64,000 nucleotides of DNA, taken from positions 25,668,001 to 25,732,000 of the forward strand of contig NC_043008.1 in assembly GCF_006345805.1 (NCBI RefSeq), in the 5' to 3' direction. Source of the stretch: Octopus sinensis. Lineage: Eukaryota. The notes below the pieces were generated by a model, which made no database searches, was not told the DNA's origin, and was given only the letters and a program-made list of their open reading frames with translations. Below are positions 11,506-24,309 of this stretch, in pieces. Made by a program: the position numbers and the translations under genes. Each line of letters starts with the position of its first letter. Positions within the stretch are counted from its first letter, which is position 1.

Positions 11506-11642
11506 TGACTACCGAGTAATGTAACATATTGTATAGATAAATTTCCTCTATTTACATAATATTGAGGTCTCTTTCTTTCTTTTGTTATCTTACCGTTTTA
11601 TCAATAATATTATATATATATATATATATAATATTATATATA

Positions 11643-11978
11643 AAAGACCCCCTTCGGTCATGAATGACCATGGGATTGCACCTAGAAAGTTACCCTCCTA
11701 GACACAAGTCCGGGCAAGGTTGTTTATGGAAGACCAGCAGTCGCCCATGCATACCAGCCTCCCCTCTCCATGCCACCAGTGTTATCCATGGGAAAGACAA
11801 AGGTCGATACAGCTTGGCACCAGTGACGTCGCAACTCATTTCTACAGCTGAGTGAACTGGAGCAACGTGAAATAAAGTGCCTTGCTCAAGAACACAACAC
11901 ACAGCCCGGTCCGGGATTCGAGCTCACAACCTCACGATCGTAAGCTCGACGCTCTAACCACTGAGCCATGTGCCTTCA
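11643..11978 (-). mobile_element. tRNA-derived SINE, apparently full length
   Basis: Minus head TGGCTCAGTGGTTAGAGC (A box) and GCTCGAATCCC (B-box-like), then GTGTTCTTGAGCAAGGCACTT central domain; sits in (TA)n. Confidence 0.88.
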
Positions 11979-12385
<407 letters not shown>

Positions 12386-12402
12386 TTTTCAGAGGCAGAG
12401 AT

Positions 12403-12555
12403 CAGGGGCGGACCAAGGTGGGACCTGAGGGACACATCCCACCTCAAGAAAAGAGGTGTACCCTTCTAAATAATGTTATTATGCCTTTTTCTCTTGGAAT
12501 TGTATTCCCTTTTGACCTTGTGTTCTCCCTTCAAAAATTCCTGGGGCCGTGCCTG
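12403..12555. mobile_element. Short non-autonomous DNA transposon (MITE-like) with CAGGGGCGG-type termini
   Basis: CAGGGGCGGACCAAGG versus the reverse complement of CCTGGGGCCGTGCCTG (12/16 match); GC-rich in an AT-rich context; no clear target-site duplication. Confidence 0.5.
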
Positions 12556-12986
12556 GTGATCAAACATGGCTCAAAATATACAAAATTTATACAAAATATA
12601 TAAAAAAATGCACAAGCAGATGAAAGAGCAAACAAACTGAGTGTACTAGTTTAATGCTCAGGATAAATGGAAGAAATCTTAACTTCTTCAAGCCTACGCA
12701 TTTCTAAAGAAAGGAATAAGGAAAGAGGACAGATGGAGAGAGAGAAAAAATGGAGAGAAAAATATGTGTCTGAATTAACGGTTACTGCCTTTTGTATTGA
12801 TTGGAGGGAAGGAACTGGTTGGAGGTGTGGGTGGCACGGGAGACAACTGTAATCTGGCAAAAGAGTGTGAGCACAAATATGCATATGTATGCGAAGATAA
12901 TGTGTATGTATGTATATGTGTGTGTGGGCCAGCATGTGTGTAAGTTCAAAGATTATGTGTGTATATATGTTTGTATGAGAATGTGC

Positions 12987-13029
<43 letters not shown>

Positions 13030-13409
13030 TGTGTCTCCTCAACAAAAAGATTTGCTATGTTCATGTACAAAGTTGGCCTTTTATCAATTTTTGATATGAG
13101 AATTATGAGAAAAATTTTCCCTGTTTTATTCTTAACTTTAAACATAAACTATTGTTAAGATAACTTGTGAACAAACTAAAAGGGTTGTCTTAAGTTCTTT
13201 GATAATGAACCTGTTGCCTTGCAGAGGAACTCTTGAATCATCAAAACACATGGCAGTAAAGTGAGACATTGATAATAAAATAGAGGCACTATGGATGTGT
13301 AATGACTTTATCACCAGCAAAGATCATTAAATAAGTTTGCTTCTAGTATAAATATAGGTTAATAAACTCAATTAAATTTGAAATCAATGTTTTAGCAATA
13401 TTCTATAGA

Positions 13410-13640
13410 AAAAGGCAGAAAGCTGGAAAACTTTTTTGCATCCTAAGTAAAATGCTTTGCAGCTTTTCATCTGTCTTTGTTTTGTGTTCAAATTCTGCCA
13501 AATTTGACTTTATCTTTCATCCTTTCAGGGGTCAATAAAATAAGTACAAGTTGAACACTGGAGTTGATGTAATTGACTTGCACCTCACCCCTACTTCACT
13601 GGATTTTCTGGCCTTATGCCAAAATTTGAAATCAATATTG
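13410..13640 (+). mobile_element. Decayed SINE
   Basis: GTTCAAATTCTGCC B-box-like motif followed by CTTTCATCCTTTCAGGGGTCAATAAAATAAGTAC, a motif that recurs elsewhere in the window. Confidence 0.7.
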
Positions 13641-15317
13641 TTCTACAGAAAATTAATAACATCGGGATAACTACCAAGTTTCCTAGTATAGTAAACTCAA
13701 GAAGTCTTTTCTTTGTTCAGTAGTGTAAGCAATAAGAGCATTTCTAGGTCCAAGAGCTATTGGGTAGCACACTAGATTTTGCTATGATATAAAACTTAAT
13801 ATGAAAGAATGACATAAATAAGCACCCAAACTAAGGCAAGAGATCAAAACAAGTTGGTTCCTTTGGTGTAAGCATGGAATTATGCGCTAGCATGAATATC
13901 TGCTGTCTTATTGGATTACTTACATTAGATACCTTAAACATAGAGTTCTGCTTTATCAATTTTAACTTCTACTACTGGGATCTCTCTCCAAAACTACAAA
14001 TTGGCATCAAGTTTTCAATTTTGAAGTTATTATAGAAACTAAATTAAAAATAGTTAATTCCCTGAACTTCACACTAAATGTGAGTATAGGTTGATATAAG
14101 CCCTTTAGAAAACACTTGTTTACATAAATATGGAGTGACAAAGAATGTCATTCCATTCTGTTTTTATCAGAGTGCATAGGTAAAATCTGTCCTCCTGTGA
14201 GGAAATTTTTAATGGGTGGTTTCTTATTATAACATCCACTCTGAAGATTGTGAATTCAAGAAATAAATTCCCAAACATGATCTCTTTAAAAGAAATAGTC
14301 ATTATACTATTTGGTTTGAAATTTCATTCTAACAAATACAGGTAAAGACTCCCTTATATAAGCATATAAGCACTTCCTCTTATCCATAGACATAGGAAAT
14401 ATTTTAACTGCTGTACACTTAGATTACTTCTAACTTTAATGTCAATACAAAACTGACTACATGTCATTGGCTGACCCCAATGAATGCAGCTGAATGCTCA
14501 TGCAAAGAGATTTCTATCAAACTATTTAATGGCTTATGCAATACATTGGCCATCATATGCATATGAGGCAGGGATCAAACCTAAGAATATGAACTTGGAG
14601 CACAATGTGAACATATCAGAAAAAATTTTCAAGATATAATTTTGTAACTACACCTTCTCCTTGAGAAGCAGTGAGTGATGCATTAGAATGAAACTTTCAA
14701 ACTATATCTTGCTGAAAGAAAAGGTAGAGATATAGAAAATCAGCTGGAAAATTGCTGAAAACTGTAAGCTTTGTGGGATCTCCAAAGAAAATAGTGTCTT
14801 TGTATTGATAAGAATGGATTTACCATCAAGGCCTCTCTTAAGCCAGGATAAAATCTGAGCATCAAATCAAAAACCTCTAACCCCTATATGTATGAAAAAA
14901 CTTTATTCTTTGGTATTGAGCACATCCATTCAAAATCCAACAAATACTTTAACCAGTTTAATGTCATACACCTCAAGTAAAAGCAAAATCTTATGCTGAA
15001 CCATTATTTGTCTAAAAAATTTAATTTGTTTCATTATTTTTCTTGCTTTCATATCTATAAAGATACATGCCAATACACACACACACACAAACATTAATGA
15101 TCTCCCTGCACCACATATTATCTGTCTGTAGTTGGTTACCTACATGCAAATGATAGAACTCAGTGAAACCAAGTTTATTGAGATACCTTTTGAAAAGTCA
15201 CCTGACAACACATCTACACCAAAAGATGCACCACAACCAGTTGTACAGTATCTCACCCACGAGGGACAGATGCAAGATCCATTTTCTGTTTCTCTCATTT
15301 ATTTCATCTATGTACAT

Positions 15318-15640
15318 AGGCACAGGTGTGGCTGTGTGGTAAGAAACTTGCTTCCCAACTACATGGTTAGAGGTTCCTCGTGAGTGGATTTGGTAGATGG
15401 AAACTTAAAGAAAACCATCATATGTGTGTGTCTTTGTCTGTGTTTGTCCACCCACCACTCTGTTTGACAATCAGAGCTGGTGTGTTTATGTTCCTATAAC
15501 TAGTGGTTCAGCACAAGAGACTGATAGAATAAGTACCAGGCTTTAAAGAAAACAACAATAAGCACAAAGGTCGATACATCCAACTCAAGCTGGTACCCAA
15601 GAATGGCCACAGTCTAGTCACTAAAACAAGTAAAAGATAA
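15318..15640 (+). mobile_element. tRNA-derived SINE with an internal deletion
   Basis: GTGGCTGTGTGGTAAGAAACTTGCTTCCCAAC head and GAGACTGATAGAATAAGTACCAGG body; similar to 30434-30835 and 61075-61500. Confidence 0.75.
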
Positions 15641-15671
15641 CACATAAAGATATATATATATATGTATGTGT

Positions 15672-15741
<70 letters not shown>

Positions 15742-15772
15742 CACATACACATATATACATATATATTTATAT

Positions 15773-15803
<31 letters not shown>

Positions 15804-16702
15804 CATATGATAATGATGATAAAAAACTCTTAAAAGAGCTGAACTGCAGTATGTCTTCACAGAAGAAACCCACCTTAGGCCCTTAACTTTTTACAGTCTA
15901 TGGCGGCCAGGCTAAGCTGCATCCAGGTCATGATGCCTGGCTGCCCTTTTGCTGACACTTTTCAGCCAGTTGGATATCGAAAACTTGAGCATTTAAACTG
16001 CATAAAGATTTTTATCTAGATGTAATTCCTTTCTGTTGATTCAGCTTTCAAACTCTAAACTAGAAGAGGAGATAATTTTAAGAATGAAGTATTCTCAGCA
16101 ATTCACATGCTATTAAGTTTGATTGTCTGGAAACAAGAAGATAGCTGTGAACTTACGCTTCTGATTCAAATTTATTCGTTGTTTTTCCCCCCCTTTTTAT
16201 GCTACTGGGCACTCTGAGTTAGTTCTCTTTGGATCGTTTTGTTCAAATATGAAATTAATCTTGGCTTGCAGTGTTGGTGACACACACATAGAAGAAACCT
16301 AGAGTAGTGTTGCAGTTTGATTGAACGATGGAAGAAAGTGCTTTATAAACTTCTGCAACAATAGTGTGATCTAACAGAAGGCTACTGACTCAGCAAATGA
16401 GAAGTGGATGACATTCATGTCTTCATCCAGGAGAGATGAATGAAACTATGGTTCCATCCTTTTACAAGAAATTCTAATGTCAGACATGGTCAAAAGAATT
16501 GCTAATGCTGAAAGTGTGGAAATTACTTTTATCAAGTTCTTCTAAAGCAAGAACTCACTAGTGAATAATAGAGGTGAGTCGGGCATTAGTAGATATGACT
16601 TTACTGAAATTGTACATACACTCATTAAAAGGACAAGGAAATTCACATTCTTAGAGTAGGAGTATTTTAAGGTTGTAGTTTATCCATGAAGGGAGGGAGA
16701 AA

Positions 16703-17242
16703 TTGAAGTGTTTGGTGAAAAAATGAGCTACCTATAGAGTGCAATGTTCTAGGATAGTGGAAGGGGGACTTATTAGTTTGAACTGACAAAGATTCTTTCA
16801 CACTTAGTGTGTGTGTCTGTTTAAGTTGGTGGGCCTGGAAGAGTGGATGGAGATAGATGTTAGGGTGTCACAAAACTTGTGTGACTGGCAAGTAACTATG
16901 ATGCACTGTAGAAATAATTTTAAGTCTCCATTAAAGAGACAGGGTGAAACGTCACGAAAGAAATTTTTTAGTGTGAATATGCATCTCACTCAGAAAGAGA
17001 TGTGAGAAATGTCATTTAAGATATTTTTAGCGAGATGTAAATGTGTGTCTGCATTAGAGTGAAAGATAAGGAGGTGAGAAATCATCTTGTACGTCATAGA
17101 CCAAAGAAACACAAAATCAGGTTGCACTCAAACTGACTCTGTGTGAAAAGAATCTTTGTCAGTTCAAACTAATAAGTCCCCCTTCCACTATCCTAGAACA
17201 TTGCACTCTATAGGTAGCTCATTTTTTCACCAAACACTTCAA
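16703..17242. repeat. Near-perfect 101-bp inverted repeat with a 337-bp spacer
   Basis: 16703-16803 versus 17141-17242; one 1-nt indel found, otherwise complementary. Confidence 0.9.
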
Positions 17243-19009
17243 GTGATAGTTGAAAATCTAAATGCTATAACCACACAAAATAATCGATATACTTCTCTTA
17301 CAAATTTAGCTTTAAAACTAGAATACCTTGTGTGATCATAGCCAACACTAGTCATATTTATTATCATAAGTGATTAGCAAGAATATAAGCCAGCAGGCAT
17401 GGTGATCAACTTGGATGGTGTCCAATGCCATTTGTCAAGAATTACCAAAAATTGATGGCAAGTGGATTTGATCTGAAAGAGATGCTGTGCAATTGAATCC
17501 AGAAAGTGATCCATTTCAGAAATCTCATTGCAGTGGCATTTACTATAAGAGAAACAAAGCAAATCAAGGAGCAGGAAGTGTTTGTGTATAATGCCAGTAA
17601 CAGCAGAGTGTATGGTGAATACACTATGGTGCCTTGAAAAACATTCAGAAGCCAAGTGAGCCAGGACGTTTGTTGTAAGTAAAGTATGTAACAGTATATA
17701 TCATTTAAAATCCTATCAGTTCTGTAATGAGAAAAGGCCATGGCATATCATTTTCCATATCTGGTGATGACAGTCCTTATCAGGTGAACCAAATCTATGT
17801 TTCAGCCAACCATTGTACTGATGCACTTGTACTAAGCATAAGGGAAAATTTTGTGCAGTTTCGAACCAAATCATGGTGATAAACTGTGACATGTCGGATG
17901 ATACAGTGCAGAGAATGGCAGAGGAGCCACGAGATTTGTAGAGGTTTTCTTGGTCAGTTTTCCCAATCTGGTGTAAAAAGATCTCCTCTCAGCAAGCACT
18001 AAGACTTGATATTTTCTCCTCTCACACACTAGCTACTGGTATTCAACATAACAGCTTTATGTAAAGTAACAATTGCAATATTAATCAAGAAATAAACATG
18101 ATAATAAAATTTAAATATTGTGATTGGTTTTATTTGGGAGCAGCATGCAACCAGGGAAAATAATTCAGTTCCCAGCTAACCAGTTCTACAAGTATGATAC
18201 TGCAAGAGACAAGTAGTTCTCTGTTATTTATAATCAGAGCATTGTTGCAGAGAGGAAAGGTTACTTATTACTGAAAGAAAGCAGTGCTGAAATGTTATAT
18301 TCTCCAAGCATTTGAGATGTCAAGAGAATATGGCTGACAATGTTAGCAATTCTAGTCAAAGCAAATTGTGTAATAACCTTAAACTAAAGAACTGCACATT
18401 TCTTGATTAATATGACATGTTGCCACTCTCCTCTAAATAGAAAAGTAAATAACTGCTACATAAAATGTTGCCCATGGTGCATCTGACAGAACGATATCAG
18501 GAATTAGAATTTACAAATGACCCAGAGGTAGAAATAACTGCTTGGGGCACAAGTATTAGAGTGTATGCAAGAATATGAAAGTGATGCCTGAACAAAAAGA
18601 GAGTTTAGCTAAGAAAATGGACCCAGAGGAAAAAGAAAAAAAATCAGCAATCAGATAGTAAATATCACAAACAATAAAATAGTAGTGTGAAAATTGCACT
18701 TGATGCAAGATTAACTATGATGACACCAGAAAAATGACAGCAGATACAAAATGAAGCAAGTCTACAGAAGTGAAGAAATGGTGTGAGCTGACTACACTGA
18801 GGCCTGTATTACCAGTTTCTGAGGTTTCAAGTGTTCTACCATTTATCAAACAAGCCATTTTGTCAGGAGAATAATCATGCAAAGAAGGAACAGAGAAGTT
18901 AGACACAGTCACATGTATGTGTGAGTACATAAAAACATGCAGGAGTAGTAGCTCTCAAACCATCTCACTTTGTTATCCAGCTGAGAACCTCAGCCTAATT
19001 ATATCCCCT

Positions 19010-20310
19010 TAAAAGTAACAAAAGGCTTTGAGAGAATGGTTCACCCAGTAAATATTTACAAGTCACATAGGAGGTGGACACATAAGAGGTGCAGCAATAT
19101 CAAAGGAAAGTTAACCAGAAAGAAAGTTTTTGTGCGGGGCAGATGCATAGGGGCAATAAACACCGAAGATGTACAGAAAACAGATTCCATCATATGCCAA
19201 GAGGAAAAAACTAGAAATAGTTGATAGCTTCTGTTACCTAAGCGACTAAGTCTGTAGTCAGGATGGATGCTCTGAGAGTGTAGCTGCTAGAATAAAAATA
19301 GCCTGGACAAATTTCAGAGAGCTCCTACCTCTGCTGGCAATAAAGGACCTCTTGCTCAAGATGAAAGGGAGACTGTATGATGCATGTGCACAAACTGCCA
19401 TGCTATACAGCAGTGAAACATGGGCCATGTGTAGGCTTGAAAGAATTGAAGCTGGTATGGATGTGTAATGTCAGTGAGGATACATGAAAGAGTGTAAGCG
19501 CCCTGAGAGAAAAGTTGGACATAAGAATTATCAGATGTAGTGTGCTGGTATGGTCATATTATTACAGATGGATAAGGACAGCTGTGTGAAGAAGTGTCAC
19601 ACCCTAACAGTGGAAGGAACCTGTGGAAGAGGTAGACCCAGGAAGACATGGGATGAGGTGGTGAAGCATGACCTTTAAACGTTGGGCCTCAAGGAGGCAA
19701 TGACAAGAGATCGAGAAATTTGGAAATATGCTGTGATTGAGAAAACCCATCTAGTAAAGTGAGATTGCAGCCACGGCTGATGCCAGTGTTGCATAACCGG
19801 CCTATTTAAAAGTACCTTTGAAGTGTCAGGCAATATGATGTGCACGAGAAGATCTGTTGAGTTAAGTGAATTTGAAATAGTAGTCATGGCCAGTGCCGCC
19901 TGACTGGCACCCGTGCTGGTGGGATGTAATAAGCACTGTTCAAGCTTGGGTCAATGCTAGTTCCGTCTGACTGGCTCCCCAAGCCAGTGACACATAAAAA
20001 GCACCATCTGAACATGGTTGATGCCAGTGCCCTCTGACTGGCTCCCCTACTGGTGGAATATAAAGAGTACCATCCAAATGTGGTCGATGCCAGTACCACC
20101 TGACTGGCTTCCCTGCTGGTGGCATGTAAAAAGCATTCACTACACTCTCAGAGTGGTTGGCATCAGGAAGGGTATCCAGCTGTAGACACCTTGCCAGATC
20201 AGATTGGAGTCTGGTGCATCCTACTGGCTTGCCAATCCTCGGTCAAACAGTCCAACCCATGCCAGCATGGAAAGCGGACCTTAAACGATGATGATAATGA
20301 TGATGATGAT
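19010..20310 (+). mobile_element. RTE-clade LINE, decayed 3' portion with 3' UTR and (GAT)n tail
   Basis: LEIVDSFCYL, ARIKIAWTNFRELLPLL, GRLYDACAQTAMLYSSETW, VEGTCGRGRPRKTWDEVVKHDL, with stops and frameshifts. Confidence 0.85.
19889..20135 (+). repeat. Four tandem 66-67-bp units in the RTE 3' UTR, each starting with a GCCAGT..ACTGGC hairpin
   Basis: Unit starts at 19889, 19956, 20023 and 20089. Confidence 0.85.
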
Positions 20311-20506
20311 GAAGTCAATCAACATTAGATGGCATGTACTTGTCAACAGCAATAAACATTAAAGGGTTATGTAGGCTCCCATCCAGATAATATTTCAAAG
20401 GTTCTTGAAGATCATGCCCAAGGTTATAAAAAGTGGGTGAATTTAACTCATGTGCAGAACCAGTTCAATCTCCTCACTGAAAATTGTCACATTGTTCCAC
20501 GACATG

Positions 20507-20618
20507 AACTCTTATCTCCGTCTTGTTCTTATATAACTCTCATCTCCTTCTTGTCCTCATATAACTCTTATCTCCTTCTTGTCCATATATAACTCTTATA
20601 TCCTTCTTGTCTTTATAT
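20507..20618. repeat. 28-bp minisatellite, 4 copies (AACTCTTATCTCCTTCTTGTCCTCATAT-like)
   Basis: Units start at 20507, 20535, 20563 and 20591. Confidence 0.9.
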
Positions 20619-20997
20619 ATACATGCTCGACAAAGATAAATATCGTTGTGTTTTAATGTTAATACATGCATGGATCTTTCAACATAATTATCTTGCTTCT
20701 CTGTTATGTTTTTAATAATAATGGATACGTCATATAGCAGATTTAACAAGGACATTGCCTTTAACATCTGTTTTGTAAAGCTTTACATATCACATGCATA
20801 CTTGCAGAAATGTTTCTCAGTGAAACATAAATATAGTTTGTATATATGTAATATATAAACTATTTAAAATTATGTATGTATGGAAACATCGTTTTTGTGT
20901 TTGGTTTGCAAAATTCTTTATGTGAATTCATGAGTTAAAACAAATTTTGTTGTTGTATCAAGGGAGAGTCAACACACGCACAGGTTCTGTTCTACTT

Positions 20998-21127
20998 TTT
21001 ATTATTAGTCAATTGATTAAATACCTATTCATCTAACTAATTAGTTGCTTAACTTGTCGGTGAACTGATCAAACAAACGATCGATTAGTTAGTTGGACAG
21101 CTATTTAACCAATTGACTAGTAATAAA
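20998..21127. repeat. Imperfect hairpin of about 130 bp, possibly the core of a small non-autonomous element
   Basis: TTTATTATTAGTCAATTGATTAAATA versus TATTTAACCAATTGACTAGTAATAAA; inner CTAACTAAT/ATTAGTTAG. Confidence 0.6.
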
Positions 21128-21329
21128 GGATTGAAACTGAACCGGTGCATGTATTATTAATACTAGAGTAATGACTCTCCCAAGAAAAAAGTATGGGAAC
21201 ATATTCATTATGTGGTCATTCCTATTTCAGAACGTAGCCTCTTCACCTTATCAGCAATTACATTATAAAGACTAAATCCACACAATTTTTCAAGTCAACA
21301 TGTGGAGAGAGCATAATCAAACAAGAATA

Positions 21330-22420
21330 AAAGAAACGAAAGATTACAGAATGAAAAACAAAATGTGCACGGTACGATCCGAGATATAACAGTTACGAAA
21401 TAAATGAAGCATCAGAAATATTAGATGTATTGCTTGAAAGTGTTTTTGTTTTTTCTTTGTAAAACGAATGTTTTTTAATGATGAGAAAAGTAATTTTAGT
21501 AAAGTATTTACAGAAAAGATTTGAAGAAAGTTATAGTTTTTTGTTCGCATGTGTGTAAGTGTGTGTGTATGTACCTGTATTTATTCTTTTCTTTTTGTTG
21601 TATGAGTTTGGCGGTGTCCGGCAAAATTTATCTGTACGAAAGGTGTCAGGCTGCATATTTTTCAGGTGTTATATGTCACACAAGGTTCATGCTGTGAACT
21701 TGAAGAGATGTAAGGCAGCTGCATACTAGCTCTTCAAAGTTGGAAACACCAATTTAAAAACGTTGATTAAAATAAGATGCAGATTTGTATCAGATATGTG
21801 AGAAGTAGGAAGCTTGAACGAAGATATTTGTAGTTTCATAATACAATTTTCGTTTTTTATTCCGTTCCCAGTTACACGAAGTTAATCCTCGAGAGGGACA
21901 GCGTCGCGACAGAAATACACATTAAAGTCTGGCTGTCACAACGAAGGTCTATTATGTGTATCTATCTTCGTAACACGTACATGTATGTATCTTTGTAATA
22001 TCCCTTCTTAGTTAGCAAGAATGTTGCGACGCATAAATGCGTTTAAGTATCGATTAGAGAAACAGTAAGAAAAAATTTTGAGCGAAGCAAAATACATCTC
22101 TGTCAAAGCGTTGTAGAAATAAATGTAAGAAATTTCACTAAAGGTAATTATAGTGAGAAAGCGAAAGCGAAGGCGAGAAAATATCGATTATGACAGGGGC
22201 CAAAATAGCATAAAATGGGGGCAGTACCGGAGATGATTCAGATGAAAGCCGAAATATGTTGTCTCGCACGCACACACACACGAAACATCGTTTTTTTTTA
22301 CATTTAGTTTGCAAGATTCCTCCGTTTTCCACTGTTGCCCTACTTCAGCACCTTCTTGGGTGTGGTACAAAATACACACTCTCTCTTAGTCATTCTAATG
22401 ACTACCAGTTTGAGATGGTA
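21330..22420. promoter_or_regulatory. CpG-rich, TE-free island; probable promoter / first-exon region
   Basis: Many CpGs (GCGTCGCGAC, GCGACGC, GCGAAAGCGAAGGCG) between two visibly CpG-depleted domains; splice-donor-like ATG|GTAAGG at 22417/22418. Confidence 0.55.
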
Positions 22421-24309
22421 AGGGAGACAAGATATGGCACACACACACACACACATCAAGTAACACATGCATACGTATATGCATATATACACACTCAGAC
22501 CCCCCACCCCGTATGTATATAAGTATAAAGGTAAAAGTCTAGTGTCTGAAACATAGAAGTATAGAAAGTAAAAATTTTTAAGGTGATATTCTTAGAGAGA
22601 CAATTGGTAGTTATGTAAGAACATGTCAGAGTTTAAGTGATTGTAAGGAGGAAAAAGTAAACATCCTGAGAATCTAAAGATGGTCGAAGTGGGGAATTCC
22701 AGCAGAGGGGTAAACCGGGAAAACTAAATGAGGAGAGTTAAGTCCAAATGCTTGACTTCATATAATCACATGGTAGAGGAACAAATGTTGGAAGAAGGGG
22801 AAGACAATGTAACTGCATGAGAAGAATAAGTCAATGAAGAAAGTGTGGGTGTGAGCTCGTATGTGTGTTTGTGAATGTTGGTGTGTGTACTAGCAAGCTG
22901 AAAAGTTGATGGCAGGTAAGGTGTGAAAATGGAGTTGTCAAGCAATGCAGGAATAGTAGGGTAGGGGGAGAGAAAAGTGTGTGTGGGTGGGAAAATGTGT
23001 GTATGTGGGTACACAATCTTGTGCTGGTGTATGTATGTATAAATTTAAATAAAAAACATGTTTGAGAGTGCTGGGCACTTCTACATATAACAACACATAT
23101 CTACATGCACCAGGATGTTAACTCACATGCACACACGCACACACACACGCGCACACACACACACACATTTTCTTTGTTCTATTTTTCTCATCCTCTGCCT
23201 GTGTGATTTCCTTTTCCTTCTTCCACTATTTTTCTTCTTGTACCATCTTCTCCAACTTGGGCATTCGAAGTATACTCTTTTCAGATGAAATTCCCTATTC
23301 CCCTCCTTTTGGAATTTACCTCATCTCTATTTTTGGTTTCTCCTCACTTCTCTTTTGCTTCCTTTCTGTATCGCTTACTTTTCTAGGTGCATCACCTTAT
23401 TAACATACATACTAACACCCCTCACCTCACTCATCAATGCACTACCACCCCACACACCAAAATATCACATACATAGTATTCCCCCTTATGCTCATCTCAA
23501 AACTCGGATACATTCCTATATGGGCACACATAACCAGCACATTCTCTCTTACTAACTTCTCCATAAATCTACATTCCCACCAGGCCTCTAAACACTCACT
23601 CACTTTACATTCTGAACCATTTCCCCTCTTTCATATTCTTCCTATACTTTCTTCTATACTTTTCTTCAGCTGAAGGGCTTGTATCTGAAACATTAACACT
23701 CTTTCTCTTGTTTGTGTGTGTTAAACTGATACAATAGTTGTAAAAATGTATCCCTTCTGTTTTGCCTTTTCCCTTGTTGGCTTTGTTCATTGCATTCACC
23801 ACACACACACACACACACACACACACTTACATGCATATATAAATAATGTTCACATATAGTATGAGTGAGTGTATATGTCCTTCCCTTGCATTGACATGTG
23901 TGTCACTTGGGGATCTACTATAGAACTAAGGAAGCTGCAACTTCAGGAACCCAGAAGCAACTGCTCTGTATTCAGAGAAATTTTCTTCACCCTCCAATAT
24001 ATCATCAGTAGGTTTCTTTGAAGTCTTGAGTTCTAACTTTTATTGAAAGCAAGAAGAAAGAAGAAAATATATACATAAAAGTGTACTCAGACCAAATGCA
24101 AAAAAATCCCTTTGAGACACTAATAGAGAGTTGGAAATACTGAAACTAGAGGAAGAGCATTTGCATCAATAATAAATGAAAAACATCAGAAGGAACTACG
24201 CTGAAAAAATAAAGAAAATAGATTAATATTCTTCTCTCTTTCATTTCCTATATTACTGAAACTTATGAAATAGTTATGTATAAATCAAATCTCATTAAGC
24301 AATGAGAGG

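Larger units (their letters stand above)
10010..11600 (+). mobile_element. 5'-truncated Penelope-like retroelement with an inverted 180-bp pseudo-LTR copy at its 5' end
   Basis: 10010-10189 is the reverse complement of 11359-11538 (no difference found by eye). The interior encodes RT C-terminus plus GIY-YIG endonuclease. Inserted in (TA)n. Confidence 0.92.

Noticed and set aside
11900-11978. tRNA-like A/B boxes
   Set aside because: Head of a SINE, not a complete cloverleaf tRNA gene.
15132-15383. ORF with protein-like composition (ELSETKFIEIPFEKSPD..)
   Set aside because: No usable splice donor, it runs into a SINE, and no family is recognised.
19889-20618. Regularly spaced repeats superficially like a CRISPR array
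   Set aside because: Whole units are homologous with no unique spacers; eukaryotic LINE UTR and minisatellite context, no cas genes.
23670-23697. CUGAAGG..CUGAAACAUU hammerhead-like remnant at the end of a pyrimidine-rich block
   Set aside because: Core is one base short, helix II is only 2 bp, and there is no helix I; too degenerate to call.
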